Of a DNA stretch of 64,000 nt, positions 32,079-42,202 are shown piece by piece; position 1 is the stretch's first letter, and each line of letters starts with the position of its first letter. The stretch is from an uncultured Gemmataceae bacterium (GTDB lineage Bacteria; Planctomycetota; Planctomycetia; Gemmatales; Gemmataceae). The notes beneath the pieces were generated by a model. The model saw nothing but the letters and a program-made list of their open reading frames with translations, was not told where the DNA came from and did not search any database. The stretch lies in the NCBI GenBank assembly GCA_963750165.1, contig CAVVPN010000012.1, positions 384,001 to 448,000 on the forward strand, read 5' to 3'. A program made the position numbers and the translations under genes.

Positions 32079-32091
32079 CGATTTTAGCCCG

Positions 32092-33345
32092 TCATTCTTG
32101 CGTCAGCTCCTTTTCGATCATGGCGGGGACGCGGAAGGCGATGACGGAGAACCAGATCAGCTGCCCCACGAAAAAGCACGTGGCCAGGACGTACAGGACG
32201 CGGCAGAGGATGACCAGCACGTCCGACGTGCCGGTGTTGGCGATCAGGAAGTAGCAGATCTGCATGAACCCCTGAGCCGCCGCCAGCTGCAGCATGCTTT
32301 TGGCCCGTTGGTCCAGGTCGTCGTTCTTCATCGACAGGCCGATGGCCCGCAAGAAGGCGGCGAAGAGCAGCGGCTGGACAAAACCCAGCAGCAGGAAGAT
32401 CAGGGAGAAGAAGCACTCCCAGAAGGGGCCGTCGCTCCAGAACTCCTGCAGCGGCATCATGCGCTCCATGTTGACCGGCGCCATGGCCACCTCGGGGGTC
32501 ACGTACATCCAGAGCATGGCGTTCATGACGCCGGTGAGCGGCAGCAGTTTGAACACCAGGCGAATGATCAGGTCAGCCGCCCCCACCGAAATGAGGGCGA
32601 TGGCTATTCCCTTGGTGCCGAAGCGCGGCGGCACCGGCAGGGCAATGACCGCGCCGACCATCAGCGTGATGACGGTGATGAGCATGAAGATTTCGGCGAT
32701 GCGCCACAGCCACAGCGCCGCCTCCATCATGCCGCTGCCGAACATCAGGTTGACCGCGAAGGCGGCGGTGCCCAGGTAACTGTCGCCCAGGTCGGCCTCG
32801 GTCTTGTTGTTGCGGGCGTCCAGCGTGTTGACGTAGCGCTGCGCCGGGGTGGCGTAATCCGGCGGCGTCCGATCCTCGGGAGCGGTACACAGGTACTGGA
32901 TATCGACGATCCAGAATGGAATCAGGTGCAGCAGAATGGCCAGCAGCCAGATCAGGTAGCCGATGCCGATGATTTGTAGACCGAGTTTGACCGACTGCCA
33001 CTTCTCCGGTTCCAGCAGCGTTTTCTGCTGCACAGCCTTTTCGCGTTTGCGCAACTTGATCCTGCCCGGCTTGTCGTCGTCATCATCGTCCTCGTCCTTG
33101 GCGCCGGGGCGGATCGGTGCGGTGAGGTCCACCTTGGGAGCGACGTGAACGGGTTCGTCCGCGAGGCCGTACCCCGAGGCGTCGTCCTCGTCATCCTCCG
33201 CCTGCTTGACGGGCTCCTCCTCGGCGCCGGGCACGGTCAGGCCCTCGCCGCACTTCGGGCACTTGGCTTTGCGGCCTGCTTTTTCCGTACCGATTTTCAG
33301 GACGTGCTGACACCTGGCACAACGAAAGGTGATTAACTCGGCCAT
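32092..33345 (-). CDS. Membrane protein with N-terminal zinc ribbon, acidic linker and TM domain (same architecture as 30754..31971)
   Basis: ITFRCARC..VLKI...AGRKAKCPKC. Confidence 0.82.
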   Translation of the reverse strand: MAELITFRCARCQHVLKIGTEKAGRKAKCPKCGEGLTVPGAEEEPVKQAEDDEDDASGYGLADEPVHVAPKVDLTAPIRPGAKDEDDDDDDKPGRIKLRKREKAVQQKTLLEPEKWQSVKLGLQIIGIGYLIWLLAILLHLIPFWIVDIQYLCTAPEDRTPPDYATPAQRYVNTLDARNNKTEADLGDSYLGTAAFAVNLMFGSGMMEAALWLWRIAEIFMLITVITLMVGAVIALPVPPRFGTKGIAIALISVGAADLIIRLVFKLLPLTGVMNAMLWMYVTPEVAMAPVNMERMMPLQEFWSDGPFWECFFSLIFLLLGFVQPLLFAAFLRAIGLSMKNDDLDQRAKSMLQLAAAQGFMQICYFLIANTGTSDVLVILCRVLYVLATCFFVGQLIWFSVIAFRVPAMIEKELTQE

Positions 33346-33434
33346 CACGTCACCCCAGCTACGCGCGCACCCCGGATTGGATTGTAAAGGAAACTCTAGC
33401 CAGGCCGCCAGGGGAAAGCAACCGCATCTTGCCG

Positions 33435-33493
33435 TCGGAGCCCGAGCGCCAGCGCAGGGCAGTGTGGCCGCCTCGCTGGCGCTCGGGCTCCGA
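33435..33493. repeat. REP-like hairpin (family D)
   Basis: TCGGAGCCCGAGCGCCAGCG...CGCTGGCGCTCGGGCTCCGA. Confidence 0.85.
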
Positions 33494-33529
33494 GCGCTCG
33501 CCAAAACGCGACGGCGCCGCGCATTTCGC

Positions 33530-33585
33530 TTGACGAAACCACCGCTGTTAGCCTAGACTTATCACGGACATAGCCTGACCTAAAT
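33530..33585 (+). promoter_or_regulatory. Sigma-70 promoter overlapped by two candidate DtxR/MntR-family operators
   Basis: TTGACG-N18-TAGACT; TTAGCCTAGACTTA (33548-33561) and ATAGCCTGACCTAA (33570-33583) resemble the DtxR box right half TTAGCCTAACCTAA. Confidence 0.65.
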
Positions 33586-33614
33586 AAGCTGTTAGCTCCT
33601 GTGTGCGGCGAAGG

Positions 33615-34595
33615 ATGACATTTATGATCGGGAAACGCGGTCTCTGCTGGGGGTTCCTGGGTCTGCTAATCGTCGCGGCCCTGGGCTGCGGCGACGGCAA
33701 CGGTACTGGCCACGGCAAGAACTGGGGCCGCGGCCCGGTGGTTGTGGAGCGCAAGCACCAGGGCAGCTATCCGATTCAGGTGACGTGTACGACCGGCATG
33801 GTCGCGGACCTGGTGCGGCACATCGGCGGCGACCGCGTGGCGGTGACGGCGCTGATGGGCGCCGACGTCGATCCGCACACCTACCGCGCCGCCGCCGGCG
33901 ATGTGTCGAAGCTCAACAGCGCTGACCTGATCTTCTATTCCGGCCTGCACCTCGAAGGCAAGATGAGCGACATCTTCGAGCGCCTGGCCCGCAACAAGCC
34001 GACATTCCCGGTCGCGGAGTACCTGGACGAGAGCGATTTGCGCATCCGAGATGATGCGGCCGACCCGCACGTCTGGTTCGACGTATCGCTGTGGAGCCGC
34101 TGCGCCGGCGTGGTGCGTGACGTGCTGGAGCAGTACGACCCCGAGCACGCCAGCGAGTACCGCGCCCGGGCGGAGGCATATCAAAAGGAACTGGCCCAGC
34201 TGCACGCCCATGCGAAGGCGCAGCTCGCGACCATACCGAAGGAGCGGCGCGTGCTCATCACGTCGCATGACGCCTTCCATTACTTCGGCCGTGCCTACGA
34301 TTTGGAGGTGCGCGGCATCCAGGGCATTTCGACCGATGCGGAGGCCAGCGTCAAGGACGTGAATGACCTGGTGGACTTCATTTCGCGTCGGAACGTGAAG
34401 GCGGTGTTCGTCGAGAGCAGCGTCAACAAGCGCAACATGGAGGCGCTGCGCGAGGGTTGCCGGGCACGCGGCCATCAGGTGGTGATCGGCGGCGAACTGT
34501 TCTCCGATGCGATGGGGCCGGAGGGGACGCCGACCGGCAACTACATCGGCATGGTGCGGCACAATGTCGAGACGATCGTGGGGGCGCTGAAATGA
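33615..34595 (+). CDS. Mn/Zn/Fe ABC transporter substrate-binding lipoprotein (TroA/MntA type)
   Basis: Lipobox [41 protein letters not shown] and LFSDAMG. Confidence 0.95.
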   Translation: MTFMIGKRGLCWGFLGLLIVAALGCGDGNGTGHGKNWGRGPVVVERKHQGSYPIQVTCTTGMVADLVRHIGGDRVAVTALMGADVDPHTYRAAAGDVSKLNSADLIFYSGLHLEGKMSDIFERLARNKPTFPVAEYLDESDLRIRDDAADPHVWFDVSLWSRCAGVVRDVLEQYDPEHASEYRARAEAYQKELAQLHAHAKAQLATIPKERRVLITSHDAFHYFGRAYDLEVRGIQGISTDAEASVKDVNDLVDFISRRNVKAVFVESSVNKRNMEALREGCRARGHQVVIGGELFSDAMGPEGTPTGNYIGMVRHNVETIVGALK

Positions 34596-35362
34596 TCGGC
34601 GACCCGATCCTGGATGTGCATGACGTGACTGTGGCCTATCAACGGCAGCCGGTACTGTGGAACGTCGATCTGACGCTGCGCGAACCGAAGCTGGTGGGCG
34701 TCATCGGTCCCAACGGGGCCGGCAAGAGTACGCTGCTCAAGGCGATCCTCGGCCTGGTGCCGCTGGCAGGCGGCGCGGTGCGGTTGTTCGGTGAGCCGGT
34801 GGCGCAGGCGCGACGGCGGATCGGCTACGTGCCGCAGCGCGAGAGCGTTGATTGGGACTTTCCGGTCAACGTACTGGACGTGGTGCTGATGGGCACCTAT
34901 GGCGAACTGGGCTGGTTCCGCCGGCCGGGCGCGGCACAACGGGCGTGGGCGCGGCAGTGCCTGGAGCGCGTTGGCCTGCGCGACCTGGAGCGACAGCAGA
35001 TCGGCCAGCTATCCGGCGGCCAGCAACAGCGCACGTTCCTGGCGCGGGCGCTGGCGCAGAAGGCGGACGTGTACTTCATGGATGAGCCAATGGCCGGCGT
35101 CGATGCGGCGACGGAGCGGACCATTTTCGAGTTGCTCAAGGAGCTGCGCGCCCAGGGCAAGACGGTGCTGGTGGTTCACCATGACCTGCGGAGCGTGCCG
35201 GACTACTTCGATCATGTGGTGCTGCTGAACGTGCGGCTGGTGGCGAGCGGGCCGACGGCGGCGGTGTTCACCGAGGAGAATCTGCGGCGGACCTACGGCG
35301 GCCGGCTGGCGGTGCTGGAGCGGGCCGCGGTGGCGGTGCGCGCCGGGGAGCCGGCGCCATGA
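34592..35362 (+). CDS. Metal ABC transporter ATP-binding protein (TroB type)
   Basis: [33 protein letters not shown] and VHHDL. Confidence 0.95.
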   Translation: MIGDPILDVHDVTVAYQRQPVLWNVDLTLREPKLVGVIGPNGAGKSTLLKAILGLVPLAGGAVRLFGEPVAQARRRIGYVPQRESVDWDFPVNVLDVVLMGTYGELGWFRRPGAAQRAWARQCLERVGLRDLERQQIGQLSGGQQQRTFLARALAQKADVYFMDEPMAGVDAATERTIFELLKELRAQGKTVLVVHHDLRSVPDYFDHVVLLNVRLVASGPTAAVFTEENLRRTYGGRLAVLERAAVAVRAGEPAP

Positions 35363-36276
35363 GCGACTGGCTGCCGTACAACACGCTGCTGGTGCTGGTG
35401 GGCGTCAGCCTGCTGGGAGCCGGGGCGGGCGTGGTCGGCGTCTTCGGCGTGCTGCGGCGGCGAGCGCTGACCGGCGACGCGCTGGCGCACGCGTCGCTGC
35501 CGGGCGTGTGCCTGGCGTTCCTGCTGCTGGGCGACCGCAATTTGGCGGCGATGCTGCTGGGGGCACTGGGCACGGGCGTGCTCGGCGTCGTCATCATCAC
35601 GCTGTTGCGGCGGCGGACGCGCGTCAAGGAGGACGCGGCCATCGGTACGGTGCTGAGCGTGTTTTTCGGCCTCGGCCTGGTGCTGATGAAGGCGGTCGAA
35701 CGGCGGCCGAGCAGCGGCAAGGCGGGCCTACATGCGTACATCCTCGGCAAGACCGCCGGCATGACGCTGGAGGATGTGTATCTGATCGGCGGCCTGTCGC
35801 TGGCGGCGCTGCTGACGGTGGTGCTGCTCTACAAGGAATTCCAGCTGGTGGCGTTCGACCCGGCGTTCGCGCAGGTGCAGGGCTGGCCGGTGACGCGGCT
35901 GGATCTGCTGCTGATGCTGCTGATTGCCGTGGCGGTGGTGGTTGGGCTGCCAGCGGTCGGCGTGCTGATGATCGCGGCGTTGTTAATCATCCCGGCCGCG
36001 GCGGCGCGCTTCTGGACGGAGCGGCTCGGCCGACTGCTGGTGCTGGCGGCGCTGTTCGGCGTGGCCTCGGGCGTGGTCGGCGCGCTGGTCAGCGCCCGCG
36101 TGGAACGGCTGCCGGCGGGGCCGACGATCATCCTGACGGCGAGCGGTTTGTTTCTGGCATCGCTGCTGCTGGGGCCGCGCCGCGGCGTGCTGGGGCGCTG
36201 GCTGGCGCAGCGGCGCTTCCGACGGCGGCTGGCGCACGGCGACGTGACCGTCCGCACCACGGTAGATTTCCCATGA
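35359..36276 (+). CDS. Metal ABC transporter permease (TroC type)
   Basis: [24 protein letters not shown] and PAAAARFW. Confidence 0.93.
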   Translation: MSDWLPYNTLLVLVGVSLLGAGAGVVGVFGVLRRRALTGDALAHASLPGVCLAFLLLGDRNLAAMLLGALGTGVLGVVIITLLRRRTRVKEDAAIGTVLSVFFGLGLVLMKAVERRPSSGKAGLHAYILGKTAGMTLEDVYLIGGLSLAALLTVVLLYKEFQLVAFDPAFAQVQGWPVTRLDLLLMLLIAVAVVVGLPAVGVLMIAALLIIPAAAARFWTERLGRLLVLAALFGVASGVVGALVSARVERLPAGPTIILTASGLFLASLLLGPRRGVLGRWLAQRRFRRRLAHGDVTVRTTVDFP

Positions 36277-37527
36277 CCCATGCCGCCCTGCAACAGGCCC
36301 TCTGGACGATCGCGGTTGGCGTCGTCTGTAACGTCGCCTGCGCAATCATCGGCTGTTACCTGGTGCTGCGCCGCCTCAGCCTGCTGGGCGACGCGATCAG
36401 TCACGGTGTCCTGCCGGGCATCGTTCTGGCGGTGCTGGTCAGTGGCCAGCTGACGGGCTGGCCGATCCTGGTCGGAGCGATGCTCTGCGGACTGCTCACT
36501 GCAGCGCTGACGCAGGCGCTGCAAAGTTTCGGCAAGGTGTCCGAGGACGCGAGCATGGGCGTCGTCTTCACGACGCTGTTCGCGCTGGGCGTGCTGCTGA
36601 TCTCGCGCCAGGCCACCGGCCGCGACCTCGACCTCGATTGCGTCTTCAACGGCGTGCTGGAGCTGGTCGCGGTGGACACCTTCAGCTGGCACGGCTGGCA
36701 AATCCCGCGGGCATTCCCGACGATGGCACTGGGGTTGGCCGGCACGCTGGGCCTGGTCCTGCTGTTCTGGAAGGAACTGAAAATCGTCTCGTTCGACCCG
36801 GCCCTGGCGACCGCGATGGGCTATCCCGCGGCGGCGGTGCATTACCTGCTGATGGCGCTGGTGGCGGCGGTGACGGTGACGGCGTTCGAGGCGGTCGGCT
36901 CGATTCTGGTGGTGGCGATGCTGGTGGTGCCCGCGGCGACCGCCCACCTGCTGACGGATCGGCTCTGGTTGATGATGCTACTGGCGGCGCTGCTGGCGGC
37001 GACCGCGGCGGTGCTGGGCTACGTGCTGGCGTCGGAATACGTGTTCAACTCCATCGTCTCGGCCATGATGGCGGTGGCGGCGGGAGCGCCAGTTTTTGCT
37101 GGCGGTGCTGTTCGCGCCGCGGCACGGGCTGGTGGCGCGCTGGCTGCGGAACGCCCGGCTGGCGCTGCGCATCGCCGGCGAGGACGTGCTGGCGGCGCTA
37201 TACCGGGCGGCGGAGGCGGGCTCGCCGACGGTTGGCCCACGGCCGCGGCTGGCAGCATGGTGGCTGGCGCGCCAGGGGCTGGTGCAGCGCGGTGTCGGTG
37301 GGCTGGAGCTGACCGACCAGGGCCGGCAGCGGGCGCGGTCGCTGGTGCGCTCGCACCGTTTGTGGGAAGCGTACCTCGGCGAGAACTTCGATCTGCCGCC
37401 GGACCACCTGCACGACCCCGCGACGCAAATGGAGCACTTCATCGGCCCCGATCTGCAGGGCCAGCTGGCGGCGGAACTACACAATCCCGCCCGCGACCCG
37501 CACGGCCGGCCCATCCCGCCCGGTTAG
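36273..37527 (+). CDS. Metal ABC permease (TroD type) fused to a DtxR/MntR metal-binding/dimerisation domain, apparent frameshift near 37089
   Basis: GDAISHGVLPG, EDASMG, FDPALA, VPAATAHL; downstream frame LTDQGRQRA..LVRSHRLWEAYL...MEH...DPHGRPIP. Confidence 0.88.
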
Positions 37528-37751
37528 TCGTCGAAGGTCAGGAACGCGAACGGCACGGCGCGGATGGCAGTACCGTCCTCGAAGAACAGGTCAGCCACCT
37601 CGACTGGCCCACGCGCCGTCTCGACCACGTAGGGCCGAAGCTGCGCCGGCACCCGGGTGCCCTTGTGAACCTCCACCCGCTCCAGGTGATGCCGCGCCGA
37701 GGTCTCCAGGTCGAGCACGAGGTTGTCCACGAACTTGATGGTGTGATACAC
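37524..37751 (-). CDS. Small hypothetical protein (75 aa)
   Basis: GTG start with a GGGGAGG RBS, good codon bias, protein-like sequence LRPYVVET..GPVEVADLFFEDG. Confidence 0.7.
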   Translation of the reverse strand: MYHTIKFVDNLVLDLETSARHHLERVEVHKGTRVPAQLRPYVVETARGPVEVADLFFEDGTAIRAVPFAFLTFDD

Positions 37752-37922
37752 GGCCCTGCCTCCCCTTGATCGCTGTCCTTCCTGGGCGCTCGGTTCCCCC
37801 CGATTCCGGCCTGGGGGTCAAAATCATACATCTTGGAATGATGAGCAAACCGGATGCCGAAGGGCGCCGAAGAGTGCGCCTCTTGTTTCTGTGCTTGTGC
37901 TGAAGGCGACAGGGTAGGTAGA

Positions 37923-38000
37923 GTGTGCCACTGCTTGGCCGCCCTTCTCGACCGGAAGGGATCACCCAGGGCATCACGAGGCGGCCAAGCAGTGGCACAC
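37923..38000. repeat. REP-like inverted repeat
   Basis: GTGTGCCACTGCTTGGCCGC...GCGGCCAAGCAGTGGCACAC, perfect 20-bp arms. Confidence 0.8.
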
Positions 38001-38097
38001 CGAGTCTCCCTCCCCGTCCCATCCCGCAGGATTGCAGGACACCCCGCCAGCAACACGCCTTGTCGAAAACGCCGACCGCCGGTATCCTCCGCGTCGC

Positions 38098-40012
38098 ATG
38101 GACGCTCTCCCCGCAGTTCCGCTGAACCGACCCCGAACCTGGCCCTGGTGGCTGGCACTGCTGGTGCTGACCGGCTGGCAGGCGTGGATGACATTGAGCC
38201 TGTTCGGCACCGAGGCGCCGTGGCGGCGGCTGCTCGACGATGAGCCAATCGTCTCCGGCCGCCATCCGTTGCACCTGTATCACGGCCACCTCGGCGCGCA
38301 GGCGCTGCACTACACCGGCCGCTTCTGCTGCTACGACCCCGCTTTCCAGGCCGGCTACCCCAAGACGCACGTCTTCGACAACGGCAGCCGGCCCGCGGAA
38401 TTATTCCTGACGCTCGGCGGTGGCGCCTATCGACCGTCGGCCTACAAGCTCGGTCTGGCGCTGACGTGCGCGCTGGTGCCGCTGCTGCTGATGCTGGCCT
38501 GCCGCGGCGCCGGCCTGGGCGTGCCGGCGACCTGCTGGGCGACCACCGCGGGGCTGCTCGTGTGGTGGGGCGTACCCGGCCGGCGAGCGCTGGAAGCCGG
38601 CGACCTGGAACTGCTGGTGGCAGCGCTGGCGGTGCTGGCGCACGGCGGTCTGCTGCTGCGCTACGACCGTCTGCCCGGCCCGGCGGTGTGGTTCGGCCTG
38701 CTGCTGACCGGCGTCGTCGGCTGGTTCGCGCAACCGCTGGTCTTCCCGCTGCTGCTGCCGTTGCTGCTCGTCTACTACCTGACCGTCGGCGTCAAGCACG
38801 CGAGCCTGCTCTGGCACGCGGCCCTGCTGGCCGCCCAGGTCGGGGCGCTGGCGCTCAACGCCTTCTGGCTGATCGACTGGGTGCGGCACTGGTGGATTCG
38901 GCAACCGCTGCCGGGCCATCACGCCCTGCTGCCGCACCGCACATTCGGGGCGGTGTGGGCGTCGCCACTGTGGGGCGACGGGCCGGACCGTGACCTGGCA
39001 CTGCTGCTGCTGGTCGGCGCTCTGGCCGGCGTGGTGCTGCTCAACCAGACGCGGCGGCGGGCGGCGGCCCGGCTGCTCGGCCTGGGGGCGCTGATGCTGC
39101 TGGCGCTGGCGGTGCTGGGCGTCGCCTGGGAGCCGCTGGGCGAGCTGGGCACGTCGGGGTTGCTGGTGCCGGCGCTGTGGTTCGCGGCGCTGCCGGCGGG
39201 GCACGCGCTGGCGGTGCTGGGTGGCGCGGCGCAGCGGTTGCCGGGGCGCTGGCGGCACGTGACCTGGGCGGTCGTCGCGGCGCTGGCGACGGCGGTGGCA
39301 CTGCACCCGTCCGCGCAGGCGCTGGCGCGGCGCTGCGGCGCCGCCGAGCCGCTGGTGGTCGGGTTGGGGCCGGAGCGCGAGGCGCTGGTGCGGACGCTGG
39401 TGGAGAACACAGCGCCGGACGCGCAGCGTGTTGTGGGAGGACCGGCCGGTGACGCACGGGGCGTCGCGCTGGACGGCCCTGCTGCCGTTGCTGACGGATC
39501 GGCCATTCGTGGGCGGCCTGGATCCCGACGCGGAAATCGAGCACACCGCCATCGGCCTGAAGGACGGCCAGCTGTCCGGCAAGCCGATCCGCCAGTGGGG
39601 CGACGCGGCGCTGGAGGAATACTGCAAACGCTACAATATCGGTTGGGTGGTAGCGTGGTCGCCGGAGGTGGTGGAGCGGCTGCGGGCCTGGCGGCACGGC
39701 GCCCATGAGGTGGCGGACGTGCGGGACGGCGGCGCCGGTGTGCTGTTCGAGGTCCGCCGGGCGCCGCACAGTTTCGCGCTGAAGGGCAAGGCCCACGTAC
39801 TGTCGGCGGACAGCCATCACATCACGCTGCAGGACGTGGTGCCGGACAACGGCTGTGTGGTGCTGAGCCTGCACTACCAGCCCGGCCTGCGGGCGTCGCC
39901 GGGCCGCATCAAGATCGAGCGCGAACAGAACCCCAACGACCCGGTGGCGCTGGTGCGGCTGCGCGTCGAGGGCAACGTGCCGCGCGTGACGCTGACGTGG
40001 CGCGACCGCTGA
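38098..40012 (+). CDS. Polytopic membrane protein, possibly a GT-C glycosyltransferase-like protein; apparent frameshift near 39425
   Basis: Many TM helices, YDPAFQAGYPK loop motif, C-terminal soluble domain (RYNIGWVVAWS) in ORF 39428..40012. Confidence 0.7.
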
Positions 40013-40038
40013 CGGCGCCGGGTGGCCCCGTTTCTCGC

Positions 40039-40160
40039 GCGGTTCGCGTTTGGGTAGCGCACAAGTTGTGGGACGGCTCTCCAGAGCCGTCAGCGTTCTC
40101 CCGACGGCTCTGGAGAGCCGTCCCACGACTTGTAGTCCACGCGACTGGGAACCGCTCTAG
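40039..40160. mobile_element. Second copy of the family-A MITE-like element
   Basis: Nearly identical to 9421-9542; appears inserted into a family-B hairpin. Confidence 0.85.
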
Positions 40161-40205
40161 TTTCGCGCAGGCAGAGTCCGCGCGAAACGTAAACGGAGTG
40201 AGTTC

Positions 40206-41258
40206 ATGACCGCATCCGCCATCGTCGGCGCCGTTTTGGGCACGGCCGTCGGCGACGCCCTGGGACTGCCCTACGAGAACCTGTCGCGGCGCCGCGCCCT
40301 GCGGCTGCTGGGCGAACCGGAGTGCTACCGCTTCCTGTTCGGCCGCGGCATGGTGTCCGACGACACCGAACACACCTGCATGGTCGCGCAAGCGCTGACC
40401 GCCAGCGGCGGCGATGCGGACGCCTTCGCCCGCAGCCTGGCCTGGCGGCTGCGCGGCTGGCTGCTGACGCTACCAGTGGGAGTCGGCCGGGCGACACTGC
40501 AAGCCTGCGTCAAACTCTGTCTCGGTTTCCCGCCGCGCCATAGCGGCGTCTTCTCCGCCGGCAACGGTCCCGCCATGCGCAGCGCCGTCCTCGGCGCCGC
40601 CATCGACGATCTTGGCCAGCTGCGCCGGTTGGTCGAGGTCAACACGCGCATCACCCACCGCGATCCGAAGGCCGAACATGGCGCCTTCGCTGTCGCCCTC
40701 GCCGCCCGCCTGGCCCGGCAGCAACCGCTGGTCAGCGGCACCGAATTCCTGGAGCGGCTGCGCGGGCAGTTGCAGGAGGAAGCCGCGGTGCCGTTCCTGG
40801 AGCTGGTCACCCAGGCCGTCGCCAGCGCCGCGACCGGCGCGACCACGCCGGAGTTCACGACGGCACTGGGTTGGAAGTCCGTCAGCGGTTACGTCTACCG
40901 GACGGTGCCGGCGGCGCTGCACGCCTGGCTGCGCTGGCCGCGCGACTTCCGCGCCGCGGTGACAGACGTGATCCGCTGCGGCGGCGACACCGACTCGACC
41001 GCGGCCATCGTCGGCGGCATCGTCGGTGCCGGCGTCGGCAAGGAGGGCATCCCCGCGGAGTGGCTGGCGGGGCTGTGGGAATGGCCGCGCACGGTCGTCT
41101 GGATGGAGGGGCTGGCGCGGCAACTGCACGCGGCGTTGACGGCTGGCACACCACTGCGGCCGCCGCGGCTGTTCATTCCTGGACTGCTGCTGCGGAACCT
41201 GCTATTCTTGAGCGTTGTTGTCGCACATGTGTTCCGTCGATGCCTGCCACCTTATTGA
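40206..41258 (+). CDS. ADP-ribosylglycohydrolase (DraG/ARH family)
   Basis: GTAVGDALG, SDDTE, SAGNGPAMR, TH and GGDTDSTAAIVG. Confidence 0.93.
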   Translation: MTASAIVGAVLGTAVGDALGLPYENLSRRRALRLLGEPECYRFLFGRGMVSDDTEHTCMVAQALTASGGDADAFARSLAWRLRGWLLTLPVGVGRATLQACVKLCLGFPPRHSGVFSAGNGPAMRSAVLGAAIDDLGQLRRLVEVNTRITHRDPKAEHGAFAVALAARLARQQPLVSGTEFLERLRGQLQEEAAVPFLELVTQAVASAATGATTPEFTTALGWKSVSGYVYRTVPAALHAWLRWPRDFRAAVTDVIRCGGDTDSTAAIVGGIVGAGVGKEGIPAEWLAGLWEWPRTVVWMEGLARQLHAALTAGTPLRPPRLFIPGLLLRNLLFLSVVVAHVFRRCLPPY

Positions 41259-42038
41259 ATGAGAGCCACCATGTTCGCGCACCGTCGTCGCTGGCACGCT
41301 GTCGGCGCTGGCCTGGTCCTTGGCGTCGCCGTCGGCGCCGTCACCCTCGCCTGCAATTCGCCGCCCAGCCAGGAGCAGGAGGCCAAACCCGTGCAGGGCC
41401 AGAAGAAACCGCCGCCCGCCGGCGACTACAAGCCGGTCGTCTTCGTCGATCTCGGCATCGTCCTGCAGACACCCAAGGAAGACAAAAAAACCGGCTTCGT
41501 CGTGGCCGGCCGCAACCCGACGTACCTGATCCGTGGCCTCAAGAAGATCAACGGCCAGTCCATCGCCACCCTGGAAAAGGACATGCGGCCGGATGCGCTG
41601 TCGAAGGCCGGTTTCCTCGGGAAGGACGAGGCGTTGCTGGACGTGCTGGCCCGCGACAACGATTACGTGGTCGAGCAACTGGGCATGTCGCACCAGGAGC
41701 TGGCCCGCCACCTGTACGCGCTGGAGGCGATCTGGCACAAGCTCGGCGGCAAGGCGACCGACAAGGAGCCGATCCGCTGCATCTACTGCAACCGTCGGTT
41801 CGAGATCACGCTGGATTTGACGCGCGGCCTTCAGAAGTCGCCGTTCCGGGACGACACCAGGACCAACGCCTACCTCAAGGCGGTAAACGTGGACAACGGT
41901 CAGAAACTGGAGTATTCGTGCCTGGTGCCGGCAATGGTCGAGCGCTACGGCTTCTACGAGGGCACGGGCACGTCCTTCCGCGTCGAGCCGAAACAGATCC
42001 TGGAAGTGTGCGATTTCCTGAAACCCGCGCCGAAGTAA
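41259..42038 (+). CDS. Hypothetical lipoprotein/exported protein
   Basis: Hydrophobic signal ending TLAC; motifs MRP..LS.AGFLG.DE and YGFYEG..TSFRVEP. Confidence 0.75.
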   Translation: MRATMFAHRRRWHAVGAGLVLGVAVGAVTLACNSPPSQEQEAKPVQGQKKPPPAGDYKPVVFVDLGIVLQTPKEDKKTGFVVAGRNPTYLIRGLKKINGQSIATLEKDMRPDALSKAGFLGKDEALLDVLARDNDYVVEQLGMSHQELARHLYALEAIWHKLGGKATDKEPIRCIYCNRRFEITLDLTRGLQKSPFRDDTRTNAYLKAVNVDNGQKLEYSCLVPAMVERYGFYEGTGTSFRVEPKQILEVCDFLKPAPK

Positions 42039-42039
42039 T

Positions 42040-42095
42040 AAAATGTCACCACGGAGAACGCGGAGAGCTCTCCGCGTTCTCCGTGGTGACATTTT
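42040..42095. repeat. Perfect 56-bp palindrome (family E)
   Basis: AAAATGTCACCACGGAGAACGCGGAGAG|CTCTCCGCGTTCTCCGTGGTGACATTTT, no loop. Confidence 0.9.
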
Positions 42096-42101
42096 TACTT
42101 C

Positions 42102-42202
42102 AGGAGGCGCCGAACAACAACTTCGTAGGACGGCTCTCCAGAGCCGTCGGGACGGCTCTGGAGAGCCGTCCTACTCTTGGAAGTTGTTGTTCGGCGCCTC
42201 CT
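42102..42202. repeat. Composite hairpin: family-A GTAG REP doublet inside different 23-bp outer arms
   Basis: AGGAGGCGCCGAACAACAACTTC / GAAGTTGTTGTTCGGCGCCTCCT enclosing GTAGGACGGCTCTCCAGAGCCGTC..GACGGCTCTGGAGAGCCGTCCTAC. Confidence 0.85.

Noticed and set aside
35508..37769. 753-aa ORF spanning both permeases
   Set aside because: Only 36273-37088 is permease-like; the flanks are out-of-frame read-through
40206..42038. ADP-ribosylglycohydrolase plus downstream gene as a toxin-antitoxin pair
   Set aside because: The downstream protein is an exported lipoprotein-like ORF with no ADP-ribosyltransferase motifs
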